Assembly (NCBI GenBank): GCA_001793155.1
Contig: MGHI01000039.1
Location: forward strand, 1,119-65,118
Source of the DNA: Candidatus Woesebacteria bacterium RIFCSPLOWO2_01_FULL_39_61
Lineage (GTDB): Bacteria > Patescibacteriota > Microgenomatia > UBA8517
Direction: 5' to 3'
Length of the DNA stretch: 64,000 bases
Both the position numbers and the translations under genes were made by a program. Of the stretch, positions 9,620 through 19,394 are shown piece by piece (position 1 is the stretch's first letter; every line of letters starts with the position of its first letter). The notes below the pieces were generated by a model. That model made no database searches and had not been told where the DNA came from. It worked only from the letters and a program-made list of their open reading frames with translations.

Positions 9620-12375
9620 TTGTCAAACAAAAACTTCCTCTTTTTGGGTTTTGGCTGGTCAAAAAAATGATACTGGATTTCCGGTTGATTATTTTTAACT
9701 TCTTCAGTAGGTTTGTTTTCTTCATCTTTTTTAAACCATTCAGGTGAACAAGCTTTTTGAGGAGCGTTTTCTTTGAGAAACCATTCGAGTCTGGTTGGGC
9801 ATCCATTACAAGAAAGAGTTCCCGTAATTGTGCAAATGGGAACTTGAACCAAATCTTCAGGAACGGTCCAGTCGTGATTTTCTTCAGTTTGTAATAAAGA
9901 ACTCATGATTTTATTAAATATCGGGGAAGCCCCTGTCACTCCAGATGCTATCCGGGCCATTTCTGAGTTATCGTTATTTCCGACCCAGGTAGCAACCAGG
10001 TATGTTTGGTTATATCCCAGTGTTAAATTGTCTCTAAGATTATTGCTTGTACCGGTTTTGACTGCAACTTCTTTATGATTCGGTATTACCAGGAGCGAGT
10101 TTGTTCCGAAGGCTGGCGTTCGAGCATTATTATCCTTAAGGATGTCCGTAATAATGTACGCGACCCTGGGATCGATAACCTTATTCCCGTCACACTTACT
10201 CGTTTCCTCAGAATTTGTACTTCCAGACGATGACGCATACGTTATGGCGATAATAGAAGCTTCACCTCTCCCGCAGAAATTTTCTTCTAAAACTTTGCCT
10301 TTATTATTTGTTATTTTAAGGATGTATTTTTCTTCCGGCTTTTTTCCGTAGTTAGCGATGGTTGCGTAAGCATAAGCCAAATCCAGCAGTTTCACTTCAC
10401 CGCCACCCAGAGTTAATGACAAACCGTAATTATCCGGATTATTCCAGGTTGTAATACCCATTTTTTGCCCCATTTCAATCATATTTTTTACACCGTATGA
10501 ATTTAATACTTTTACTGCAGGGACGTTTCTGGACTCTGCAAATGCGCTTCGCAGTGTCAAATTTCCCCGAAAACCTCCTTCATAATTTTTGGGAGTATAG
10601 GGAGGAAGACCGGGTATAAGGAAGGTAACGGGAGTATCCGGGATAATTGTTGCGGCGGTGTAACCATTTGAGAGTGCGTATGCATAGTTAACTATCTTAA
10701 TCGAGGACCCCGGTTGCCTTAAGGAAGTTGTTACGTTTACGTTACCGTCATTTTGAGTATCAAAATAATCTTTGGAACCTACCATTGCCAGAACTTCACC
10801 TGTTGCTGGAGAGATTACCACTGCTGCGCCGTTTCTAACATTTAATTTTGCGAGTTTATCAACTTCTTCTTTGACAACGGTTTCAGCGAGAATTTGAATG
10901 TTATAATCGAGTGTTGTAACTACATTTAATCCTCCTTTTTCAACCAACTCCTTGCCGTATGTTTCTTCCAGAAGTTCTCGGACAAACATTACAAAATGGG
11001 AAGCTTTAATGTCGGTTTTATTTTCGGCAAAAATAGGAACTTCCTTTTGGGTTTCTTCTTTCTGACTTTGTGTAATGAAACCGTTTGTATGCATGAGGTT
11101 TAAGACCTCATTTTTTCTGTCGATTGCGGCTTGAGGATTTGGCCCGAAGGGTGAATACTGGGTCGGACTTTTTGGAAGTCCTGCAAGTATCGCCGCTTCG
11201 TTAAGAGTCAGAGAACCTACATCTTTATTGAAATACGTTCTTGCCGCCTCCTCGATTCCGTACGCCGTACCGCCGTAAGAAACCTCGTTTAGGTACATTT
11301 CTAATATTTCATTTTTTGAATAAGTCATTTCAACAATTACGGCCAACGTAATCTCTCTTAATTTTCTGATCAGAGTTTTTTCAGAAGAGAGGAGCGCGTT
11401 TTTTACCAGTTGTTGGGTAATTGTTGAGCCTCCGGTGAGTTCTCCTTGGCGCCAATTTTTAAGAGCGGCCCGGGTAATTCCCCGTATGGAAAAACCGGGG
11501 TGCGAGTAAAACTCTGCGTCTTCAATAGCTAAAGTGGCCAGTCTTACATGAAGCGGTATGGAATTAAGTTCTACCGGCGTTCTATTCTTATCATCGTATA
11601 TAGTGTAAAGAAGTATGCCGTTTCTGTCATATATTTTGGTAGAGACGTCAACATTTCTTTTAGTAAGCTCTTGCGCAGTGGGTAAATCTCTGAGTATAAA
11701 CCTCCAGAATAAAAATCCCGACAAAATAGTTAAAAGAACTGTTATTAGAAAACTAAAAAGGATTATTTTAAGAAGAGCTAATTTTGTTATTCTTACCTTA
11801 ACTTTAGTCTTTGGTTTGGTTAAAAAGATAGGAATTAATCGCAGGCGGACTTTTAAAAGGTTTATAGACTTTTCTGTATATAGGTAAGAGCGTTTAGAAA
11901 GATTTGCCGTCTGTTTAATTAAGACAAAAACTTTGGTAGTTTTTAATAAAAGCCTTTGGCCGAAATTCTTTGAGCTTATTGATACTTTTAAAAGAAAACC
12001 TTTAAGTAGAGTAATTAATTGCGGGGAAGCTTTAAAGATATCGCCTTGTTTTTTGAGTGATAATTTTTTTTCAAAAAAGAATCTGGTTTTTTTTAAGCTC
12101 GAATATATTCGCGCCAAATATTTTTTATATGAAGATATTTTCTTAGATGCTGAATTAAAAAAAGAATTAAATATAAAGGTTACGGTGCCGAACAGTCTCT
12201 TGATGAAGTATCCTGTAGCATGTAAGCCGAGAATTACGGCAAGAAATATATAAGTTAAGACGGTAAAAAAAGGCTTTCCAATAAGAGCAAGCAGCCTGAG
12301 AGCGAATTTTAGGCTGTTTTTTACTTTCGTTGGGGCAAGGTTAACATCTGGTTTTTGATTTGGTAGTTTAACCAC
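9616..12375 (-). CDS. class A penicillin-binding protein (PBP1A-type transglycosylase/transpeptidase) with a lysine-rich N-terminal extension
   Basis: GT51 motifs (EDAEFYSHPGF, GGSTITQQLVKN, RKLRE) and TPase motifs (SSIK, SRN, KTGTSN). Confidence 0.85.
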   Translation of the reverse strand: MVKLPNQKPDVNLAPTKVKNSLKFALRLLALIGKPFFTVLTYIFLAVILGLHATGYFIKRLFGTVTFIFNSFFNSASKKISSYKKYLARIYSSLKKTRFFFEKKLSLKKQGDIFKASPQLITLLKGFLLKVSISSKNFGQRLLLKTTKVFVLIKQTANLSKRSYLYTEKSINLLKVRLRLIPIFLTKPKTKVKVRITKLALLKIILFSFLITVLLTILSGFLFWRFILRDLPTAQELTKRNVDVSTKIYDRNGILLYTIYDDKNRTPVELNSIPLHVRLATLAIEDAEFYSHPGFSIRGITRAALKNWRQGELTGGSTITQQLVKNALLSSEKTLIRKLREITLAVIVEMTYSKNEILEMYLNEVSYGGTAYGIEEAARTYFNKDVGSLTLNEAAILAGLPKSPTQYSPFGPNPQAAIDRKNEVLNLMHTNGFITQSQKEETQKEVPIFAENKTDIKASHFVMFVRELLEETYGKELVEKGGLNVVTTLDYNIQILAETVVKEEVDKLAKLNVRNGAAVVISPATGEVLAMVGSKDYFDTQNDGNVNVTTSLRQPGSSIKIVNYAYALSNGYTAATIIPDTPVTFLIPGLPPYTPKNYEGGFRGNLTLRSAFAESRNVPAVKVLNSYGVKNMIEMGQKMGITTWNNPDNYGLSLTLGGGEVKLLDLAYAYATIANYGKKPEEKYILKITNNKGKVLEENFCGRGEASIIAITYASSSGSTNSEETSKCDGNKVIDPRVAYIITDILKDNNARTPAFGTNSLLVIPNHKEVAVKTGTSNNLRDNLTLGYNQTYLVATWVGNNDNSEMARIASGVTGASPIFNKIMSSLLQTEENHDWTVPEDLVQVPICTITGTLSCNGCPTRLEWFLKENAPQKACSPEWFKKDEENKPTEEVKNNQPEIQYHFFDQPKPKKRKFLFDN

Positions 12376-12523
12376 TCCTTAGCCTACAGATGTCAGCTTC
12401 GCTGACAAATGCTACATAAATTGCACTTATACCCTATATTTATACTGCAAATTATCTATATTTTAGCAGAGGAAGCAACAGTTGAGTATCGGCAGTTAAG
12501 ACTGATTTAGATAATTTTCTAGC

Positions 12524-12934
12524 TCAAGGATTAAGCAAATCCTTGTAACTAAGAAGTATCCCGAGAAGAATTATCGCAATAACGCTGAAAAGGAGTGTAA
12601 AGACAAGAATTTTTTCTTCGGATTCCCTGGTCATTTTGTATTTAAGGGGTCGTTGGGCGGTTTTATCTAATCTTGTTTGGCGGCGTTTAACCTGTAAATT
12701 TCCGGAAACAATTGTATTTACTTTTAATGGTTGCTTGACTGTCTGGTTAAAGCTCAAGCTTGGGGTTTTGCGACTGGGAGCCTGCATAACTTTGATCGGA
12801 ACCGGTGGCTGGACCGGTTCGACAGATTGGACAATTTTAGCTTTAGGAGAACGTTTAACTTGCTGTCTTATTAAATCGATTTTTTCAAGAAGCGCTTTTT
12901 TAAAAGAAGGGGCATAGATATGTTCGTCTTTCAT
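12524..12934 (-). CDS. hypothetical protein with a C-terminal TM
   Basis: 136-aa ORF co-oriented with the flanking PBP genes; the + strand alternative is W/C-rich and shadow-like. Confidence 0.4.
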   Translation of the reverse strand: MKDEHIYAPSFKKALLEKIDLIRQQVKRSPKAKIVQSVEPVQPPVPIKVMQAPSRKTPSLSFNQTVKQPLKVNTIVSGNLQVKRRQTRLDKTAQRPLKYKMTRESEEKILVFTLLFSVIAIILLGILLSYKDLLNP

Positions 12935-12972
12935 ACAATCATTGTACTCAAAAAGACTAGGGTTTTGGTAGT

Positions 12973-13623
12973 TTAGTCCATAAACTTAAAAGTGGAGAGG
13001 ATTTGGTCAATTTCGTTTTGGTATCCTCGATTGTTACGATCCTCATATCTGGTTAATATAAATAAATATTTTTGATTGTCCATAGGTAGGTATATGCAGT
13101 TTTGCTCTACAAGGAAAAAACAAGAGTAAGAATATCCGTTAGCTTTTCCCAGCGTAATTTTTTTTATATCGTCATAGTTTGGAGTTTCTCCTGCACCCTT
13201 TTTATCCGTGGTGTAAGTATCTCTTACTTGGTCTTGAAGAGTCGGTTTTTCTAATTCCAGGATTCTAAACTGCACTTCTGCAAAATCACGCGGGCCAGGA
13301 TAACCGCCGTCCGCTCCTTTGAAGTTAACCGATAAATTTTTTGCATTGCCTGCTAAATTGTAGGTAACTGGAACCACAAACTCAAATTTACCTAACAAAT
13401 TCGTTATTTTAATGTCGCCACTGGGAAGTTCGAAAGTTTGAAGATCGTCGGATGGTGGGATTAAGCTTGGTATGGTGGATGGTGTTCGTGATTCAGATGA
13501 GCTTTGTTGAGGAATAAATTTTATTTGTCTGTTTTTGTAGGCATAATATCCGATTCCGGTAATAGTAATTAAAGCAACTAGAATGAGAAGAAAGTCAACA
13601 ACCCCTTTTGAATTTTTATGCAC
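12973..13623 (-). CDS. hypothetical N-terminally anchored protein
   Basis: 216 aa; single N-terminal TM. Confidence 0.45.
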   Translation of the reverse strand: MHKNSKGVVDFLLILVALITITGIGYYAYKNRQIKFIPQQSSSESRTPSTIPSLIPPSDDLQTFELPSGDIKITNLLGKFEFVVPVTYNLAGNAKNLSVNFKGADGGYPGPRDFAEVQFRILELEKPTLQDQVRDTYTTDKKGAGETPNYDDIKKITLGKANGYSYSCFFLVEQNCIYLPMDNQKYLFILTRYEDRNNRGYQNEIDQILSTFKFMD

Positions 13624-13626
13624 AAT

Positions 13627-15969
13627 TTATTCTACTACCTGATTATTCGTCGGTTCAATAGAAAGAGGATGCTTTATTGTCGCCGAGTGCGACGAGGCGG
13701 CAATTGTGCAGTCTAGGCATACGAAAGTATCCAAAGGATCGTATAAAACATGCTGTTGCCTGACCTCAATATTTTCGGGCGGAGTGCTCTCATTTATAAA
13801 TCCGCCGGTAGTTCTGTCAAAATGAACATCCTGAACCCCTCCCTTAATAATTAGGGGAGTTGTATTTTCCAGGAAATAGTCAAAACGGGTTTGACAACCT
13901 ACTGGACCAGGGGCCGGGTTATCTTCCGGACCGGATGGTATTATGCCGGTATCTATACAAACATTTGCTCCGATAACGTCTTCTGGTTGTTTAGGCCAAG
14001 CATGTTCTTTATCTAACTCGCTATAACTTCCTATCTCCGCCTTATCTAAAACTTCCTTCATAATTGAATTCCAGATTGGTGATGCTCCGGAAACTCCGGA
14101 TACGGCGCGCGTCATCGGAGAATTATCATTATTTCCTACCCAGGTGACAACCAATGCCTGACTGGTATAGCCAATGGTCCAGTTGTCCCGAAGATCGTTG
14201 GTCGTACCGGTTTTTACTGATACCTCGGGATGGCCTTTAACGTTTAGAAATGAACTCGTTCCGAAAGCAGCAGACCTGGCATTGTTGTCGTGGAGGATAT
14301 GCGAGATTATAAAGGTGACAGCCGGGGAAAGAACCTTATCTCCTTTTAAATTAATTTCCTCGGGTTTAACTTCTTCAATAACCTTTCCCCTCCAGTCCTC
14401 GACCTTGAGAATAGAAATAAGCGGCTGTTTAATACCGGAATTTGCTAGAACACCAAAGCCAACCGCCATGTCAAAGGGTCTTACTTCACCGCCGCCAAGA
14501 GTTAAGGATAAACCGTAATCAGATGGATCCCTAAAAGTAGTAATCCCCATTTCTTTGGCAAAGTCGATAAAGTTTTCTATACCATTTAGCGCCAATACTC
14601 GAACAGCCGGAATATTGTATGAATTTCCAAGGGCAAATCTTACCTGTACCGATCCGTGGAAGTTCCCGTCGTAGTTTCTGGGACAATAATCAGCTTGTCC
14701 TGCTACTTTAAAACAGGTAGGTACATCAGCCAGGGGAGTTGATGCGGTTATTTTCTTGTCTCGCAAAGCGAGAGCATAATTTAAGGGCTTAATCGATGAG
14801 CCTGGTTGTCTTTGAGCAAAAATAATGTTTACTTTCCCATCCTCATCTTGGGCAAAATAATCCTTGGATCCGACCATTGCCAAAATCTCTCCCGATCCCG
14901 GCCGGGTTACGAGCGCAGCCCCGTTTCCCACCTTTTGTTTACTTAACTTTGCAACCTCCGTTGCAACCTTCTCTTCGGCGTAATCCTGCAGGTCCAAATC
15001 GAGTGTTGTAGTTACCCTTAGTCCTCCTTTTTCAACGACTGCATCCGAATATTTTTCCGCAAGTTGTTCCTTGACCCAAAGTGCAAAGTGGGGAGCCTTT
15101 AATTTTTCGGGTTCGGCATATTTTAATTCTTCCTCGCTGGCCTTATCGGCTTCTTCCTGTGAGATATATCCGTCAGTAACCATAAGTCTAAGCACCGTCT
15201 CTTGCCTTCCTTTTGCAAGTTCCGGGCGAGATCCGAAGGGAGAAAAACGTGAGGGTGCTGCCGGTAAACCTGCCAAAAGAGCCGCTTCTGCCAATGTTAA
15301 ATCACTAGCCTCCTTGCCAAAATAGGTTTCTGCCGCTGCACCGATTCCGTAGGCGGTCCCGCCATAGGGGATTTGATTTAAATAAAGTTCAAGTATTTTA
15401 TCTTTGGAATATATAGATTCGACCAAAAGAGTTAAAACAAATTCCCTTAACTTTCTTCGGACAGTCCGCTCGGGCGTTAAAAGTACATTTTTAACCAGTT
15501 GTTGGGTCAGGGTTGAACCTCCTTGGAGTTTACCCTTGAAAATAGTGTTATAGGCAGCACGTACGATTCCCGTATATGAGACGCCGTAATGCTTGTAAAA
15601 ATCTTTATCTTCAATCGAGATTGTTGCTTTTTTTACATAATCCGGTATTCCGTCTAACTTGATGGGGGTACTTTTTTTGTCCGCATAAATTTCATATATA
15701 ATTTTGCCGTTTCTGTCAAAAAGTTTTGTCGAGACGGGAACCTGGGACGTTGCAAGCTTGGTTGGTAGCGGAATTGCCCAAAAAAGCCACAGTCCGAAGC
15801 TAACCAGTATTCCGAAGAAAAATATTTTTTTCTTTCTCCTTTCACTCGCAAAAAAGTTTCTGATCTTCGAAAAAGCTCCGATTTTTACCACCCTCGTTTG
15901 CCTTTTTCTTTGGGGTTTAATAGCAGATTTTTTAACTCCCCTGGTTTTCTTTATGTTTTTCTTTATCAT
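13627..15969 (-). CDS. class A penicillin-binding protein (PBP1A-type), second paralog
   Basis: Same GT51 and TPase motif set (EDKDFYKHYGV, GGSTLTQQLVKN, SSIK, KTGTTN). Confidence 0.85.
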   Translation of the reverse strand: MIKKNIKKTRGVKKSAIKPQRKRQTRVVKIGAFSKIRNFFASERRKKKIFFFGILVSFGLWLFWAIPLPTKLATSQVPVSTKLFDRNGKIIYEIYADKKSTPIKLDGIPDYVKKATISIEDKDFYKHYGVSYTGIVRAAYNTIFKGKLQGGSTLTQQLVKNVLLTPERTVRRKLREFVLTLLVESIYSKDKILELYLNQIPYGGTAYGIGAAAETYFGKEASDLTLAEAALLAGLPAAPSRFSPFGSRPELAKGRQETVLRLMVTDGYISQEEADKASEEELKYAEPEKLKAPHFALWVKEQLAEKYSDAVVEKGGLRVTTTLDLDLQDYAEEKVATEVAKLSKQKVGNGAALVTRPGSGEILAMVGSKDYFAQDEDGKVNIIFAQRQPGSSIKPLNYALALRDKKITASTPLADVPTCFKVAGQADYCPRNYDGNFHGSVQVRFALGNSYNIPAVRVLALNGIENFIDFAKEMGITTFRDPSDYGLSLTLGGGEVRPFDMAVGFGVLANSGIKQPLISILKVEDWRGKVIEEVKPEEINLKGDKVLSPAVTFIISHILHDNNARSAAFGTSSFLNVKGHPEVSVKTGTTNDLRDNWTIGYTSQALVVTWVGNNDNSPMTRAVSGVSGASPIWNSIMKEVLDKAEIGSYSELDKEHAWPKQPEDVIGANVCIDTGIIPSGPEDNPAPGPVGCQTRFDYFLENTTPLIIKGGVQDVHFDRTTGGFINESTPPENIEVRQQHVLYDPLDTFVCLDCTIAASSHSATIKHPLSIEPTNNQVVE

Positions 15970-16032
15970 TCTCCTTAATTTTTTTAACGAATAATTATAC
16001 TAAGCTAGCCGGAAATTTGCTAAATTGGTTAC

Positions 16033-16512
16033 ATGACTTTCTTTAGGAATCTGAAAAGTAAAAAGACTCTTTTCTTTATAGCCACTTTTTTTATTATAAC
16101 CGCGATTTTTGTTTTTTCTCTGCCCAAGCGGTATAAAGAAAATCAAGATTCAAAGCCAAAACCCGATTTGCTTAATCAAAATGAGGTTGCTGAGGATATA
16201 AATGAAGGTGATCCCCTAAGCTCTATTCCTCAGGATTTTCCGGTATATAATAACGCCTCGGTAAGTGGGTCTTCAAAAAGCTCGGGCATTGAAGGAAGTG
16301 GTGTTTCGATTATATGGGAAAGTAGTGACGATTCCGAAAAGATTCATTCTTTTTACAGAGATGAACTTGACAAAAATGGATGGGAGATAGTGAAGGATGA
16401 GCGAGTTGGGAATTTTTATAGCCTATCTTTTAAAAAGGATTCAGCAAGTGGTTTTCTTGGTATAACTAAGTCTTTAAAAAAAACTATACTATCTGTTACT
16501 ATGAGGTATTAA
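16033..16512 (+). CDS. hypothetical secreted or anchored protein
   Basis: 159 aa; N-terminal TM/signal. Confidence 0.45.
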   Translation: MTFFRNLKSKKTLFFIATFFIITAIFVFSLPKRYKENQDSKPKPDLLNQNEVAEDINEGDPLSSIPQDFPVYNNASVSGSSKSSGIEGSGVSIIWESSDDSEKIHSFYRDELDKNGWEIVKDERVGNFYSLSFKKDSASGFLGITKSLKKTILSVTMRY

Positions 16513-16583
16513 CCTTGCAGACTACGCTTTCATAAACTCCTGAAGGAGGAGCATGCAAGTTCTTATAGTTATAACATAATTAT

Positions 16584-17078
16584 ATGAAAGCCGAAATATT
16601 AGAAAAAAGAATCTGGTGGAGCTACATTCACCAGGATTTACAGGAGTTGTTACGCGAGTCAGTTTTGCTTATTAGTACTTTTGGAAAGTGGAGCAAAAGG
16701 TTTCACGACTACGCCTTTATTGTTTTCCCTGCGGCTAAAGCCTATGAGGGTTTTCTGAAGACGTTGTTTCGTGACCTTGGTTTTATATCTGACGAAACAT
16801 ATTTTGGAAAGCGTTTTAGAGTAGGGAAGGCATTGAATCCCGCTCTTGAAAATCATTATAGAGAGGAAAGTATATATGATATGCTGGAGAATTATTGCCA
16901 AGGAAAAGAATTGCCAGATGCTCTTTGGGAAACTTGGAAAAGAGGCAGAAACATGCTTTTTCATTGGTTTCCCAACGAAAGTAATGTAATAAGTTACGGG
17001 GATGCTAAACAAATAATTTTTGAAATTTTAGAAACTATGGATTTTGCTTTCAAGGAGTGTAAGATTAGTAGGACATAG
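16584..17078 (+). CDS. hypothetical protein, possible HEPN-like (Rx4-6H motif RNMLFH)
   Basis: 164 aa; the motif RGRNMLFHWFPNE near the C-terminal third. Assignment is tentative. Confidence 0.35.
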   Translation: MKAEILEKRIWWSYIHQDLQELLRESVLLISTFGKWSKRFHDYAFIVFPAAKAYEGFLKTLFRDLGFISDETYFGKRFRVGKALNPALENHYREESIYDMLENYCQGKELPDALWETWKRGRNMLFHWFPNESNVISYGDAKQIIFEILETMDFAFKECKISRT

Positions 17079-17169
17079 TACAGAGTGCAAAGGGCATAGC
17101 TAAAGAATATAATAAAAGAGTACAAACTCTACGCTACGTACTTTGTTCTTTGCCTTGTACAAAGCACCC

Positions 17170-17817
17170 ATGCCTAATAAAGAAACGGCCATTAAGCACA
17201 CAACCTTACTTGCTACCTTCCTCCTAATTGTTTGGGGTTTTTACAGAATGCTTTTTAAACTTCCGGTGGAAATCGAGGAACTTTTCGTGAAGCCCCTCAT
17301 TTGGCTTGTCCCTGTTTATTTTTTAGTCAAAAAGGAAAAAGGAAATCTTGGATCACTCGGAGTAACTACAAAAAATCTTTTCCCTTCTTTATATCTTGCA
17401 CTCGCCTTAGGAGTTTTGTTTGCATTGGAGGCGGTTATCATTAACTTCGTAAAATACGAAAGCATAGACTTTTCGGCTAATCTTGGGCAGGATCCATTTT
17501 TAATTGCACTAGGGCTTTCTTTCGCAACGGCCGTTTCTGAGGAAATAGCATTTAGAGGTTATCTTTTTAACAGGGTGTGGCGTGTTCTGGGGGATGAGTG
17601 GCGAGCTAATCTTATAACAAGCACTATTTGGGCCTTAATCCACGTTCCAATCGCTATCTTTTGGTGGGAACTAAATCCTACTAATACGGTTCTTTATTTA
17701 TTTTTGACAACCCTATTCGGGATCGGATCCGCCTGGGTCTTTGCCAGAACAAAAAATGTCGCTTCATCTATCCTTCTTCATGTACTTTGGGAGTGGCCGA
17801 TTATACTTTTTAGGTAA
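17170..17817 (+). CDS. CPBP-family intramembrane metalloprotease (CAAX protease/Abi family)
   Basis: EEIAFRGY and HxxxN/ALIHV motifs in a polytopic membrane protein; ORF track 17143.. trimmed to the ATG. Confidence 0.7.
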   Translation: MPNKETAIKHTTLLATFLLIVWGFYRMLFKLPVEIEELFVKPLIWLVPVYFLVKKEKGNLGSLGVTTKNLFPSLYLALALGVLFALEAVIINFVKYESIDFSANLGQDPFLIALGLSFATAVSEEIAFRGYLFNRVWRVLGDEWRANLITSTIWALIHVPIAIFWWELNPTNTVLYLFLTTLFGIGSAWVFARTKNVASSILLHVLWEWPIILFR

Positions 17818-17981
17818 ATCGAAAAAGTGATTGGTCATTTTATCATTTTCCATTTTATTTTTTTTAATTTCCTATTCTCAAATGGAGAAATATTTGAATT
17901 AAATGGCAGATATATAATCAGAAAATGCAAAATAATTTGTTGATTTCTTCAACAAATTGAACTACCATACTTATACTTTAC

Positions 17982-18611
17982 ATGTTTCGCAAAATTAGTG
18001 TATATTCTGGCCTTTTAATTATTGCCTTCGGAATCTTATTGGTATCTATCTTACGGACGGCTTCGGTTAAATACGATTTTACCAGTGAAACGGTGGAAAA
18101 AGTTCAGGTTTTGGGAGACACAAACATTACAAAAGTTAACTACGATTTACCTTACCAGGGTAGAATCATGCCCGATAGCCCTCTTTGGCCGCTAAAGGCG
18201 CTCAGGGATAAAATTTGGCTTTTTATTACGACTAATTCGTCAAGACGGGCTGAGCTTGATCTTCTTTTTGCTGATAAAAGACTGGCTTCGGCCAAAATTC
18301 TTTTTGAGAAGGATAAACCGGAGTTAGCTTTTACTACCTTAAGTAAGGCTGAAAAATATTTAGAGGAAGCCATGCTTCAGGAAAACGAGAATCGGAAAAA
18401 GGGAATGGATACATCCCAGTTTCTGGAAAGACTGGCACGGGCTTCACTTAAGCATTTTGAGGTAATGGAGGGGATAATGACAATTGCTCCCGAAGATGCG
18501 AAACCCAAGATTGTAGAAGCACAATCATATGCTAAAAAAGTATTCGAATCCAGTCGTGACGCATTAAATGAAAAAGGTATAACTCCACCGGAAAATCCCT
18601 TCGCTTGGTAA
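17982..18611 (+). CDS. hypothetical N-anchored protein
   Basis: 209 aa; single N-terminal TM. Confidence 0.45.
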   Translation: MFRKISVYSGLLIIAFGILLVSILRTASVKYDFTSETVEKVQVLGDTNITKVNYDLPYQGRIMPDSPLWPLKALRDKIWLFITTNSSRRAELDLLFADKRLASAKILFEKDKPELAFTTLSKAEKYLEEAMLQENENRKKGMDTSQFLERLARASLKHFEVMEGIMTIAPEDAKPKIVEAQSYAKKVFESSRDALNEKGITPPENPFAW

Positions 18612-18802
18612 ATTTATTGGTTTGTGAATACTTTCTTTTGGCGGCGAAAGGGTTAAAGAGTTAATTTAGAGTAATTTTTTTATCTTCTTTTTTATTTCTC
18701 CGAAACTTAACTTATTAAAACTTTTAACTACCCCAAAATTACCAGCCTTGTCGTGAAGCTGCGATGATCTTTTCTGATGTAGTAATTGATAGTTGACATA
18801 GG

Positions 18803-18831
18803 CAGATGTAGTGTTTAATTATTGTTACTGT
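18803..18831 (+). promoter_or_regulatory. candidate sigma70-like promoter (TTGACA-N17-TAATTA) upstream of nrdR
   Basis: Read directly; about 100 nt upstream of the nrdR ATG. Confidence 0.25.
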
Positions 18832-18891
18832 CACTACCAGTAGCGATTTTCTTTTACACTCGTGAAATTAGTTTTAGTTCGTTTTCTTTAC

Positions 18892-18920
18892 CTAACTTTC
18901 TTTTCGGAAAAGAAAGTTAG
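18892..18920. promoter_or_regulatory. perfect 14-bp inverted repeat (ctaactttcttttc g gaaaagaaagttag) 8 nt upstream of the nrdR start
   Basis: Read directly; candidate operator or translational hairpin. Confidence 0.35.
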
Positions 18921-18928
18921 ATTAAGTT

Positions 18929-19369
18929 ATGAAATGTCCTTTTTGTGCAAGCAGCGATACTCAGGTTTTGGAGTCGAGGGCGGTTGAGGAAGGTAGGGCT
19001 GTAAGAAGAAGGCGTGAATGCGGGAAGTGCGGGAAAAGATATACGACTTACGAGAGGGTGAAAAGTACAGTACTCTGGGTTATTAAAAAAGATGGCCGTC
19101 GTGAACCTTTTGAACGCGAGAAGGTTAAAAGAGGAATACTAAGGGCAGTAGAGAAACGTCCAATATCACTAGACCTAGTAGACGACGTAGTCAACCAGAT
19201 TGAACGCGAGATGCTCAAAAAAGAAAAAGAAGAGGTTTCGTCAAAAGCGATAGGCCATGCGGTTTTGAAAAGACTTAAAAAGATAGATAAAGTGGCCTGG
19301 CTCAGATTCGCCAGCGTCTATCTGCAGTTTGAAGATCTGGAAGATTTTGCTAGGGCAATAAAGACTTGA
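18929..19369 (+). CDS. nrdR: transcriptional repressor NrdR
   Basis: N-terminal zinc ribbon (CPFCAS...CGKCGKRY) plus an ATP-cone. Confidence 0.9.
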   Translation: MKCPFCASSDTQVLESRAVEEGRAVRRRRECGKCGKRYTTYERVKSTVLWVIKKDGRREPFEREKVKRGILRAVEKRPISLDLVDDVVNQIEREMLKKEKEEVSSKAIGHAVLKRLKKIDKVAWLRFASVYLQFEDLEDFARAIKT

Positions 19370-19394
19370 GGTCTTTCATTAGGAATGTAAAAAC

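Noticed and set aside
12636-12917. Plus-strand 93-aa ORF competing with the 12524..12934 minus-strand ORF
   Set aside because: The minus-strand ORF is co-oriented with the flanking PBP genes and has a plausible TM tail. The plus-strand product is Trp/Cys/Arg-rich, which is typical of a frame shadow.
18612-19394. Canonical NrdR box upstream of nrdR or nrdJ
   Set aside because: I could not find a 16-bp acaC.AtATaT.Gtgt-like palindrome by eye in either upstream region. Only the unrelated 14-bp palindrome at 18892..18920 is present.
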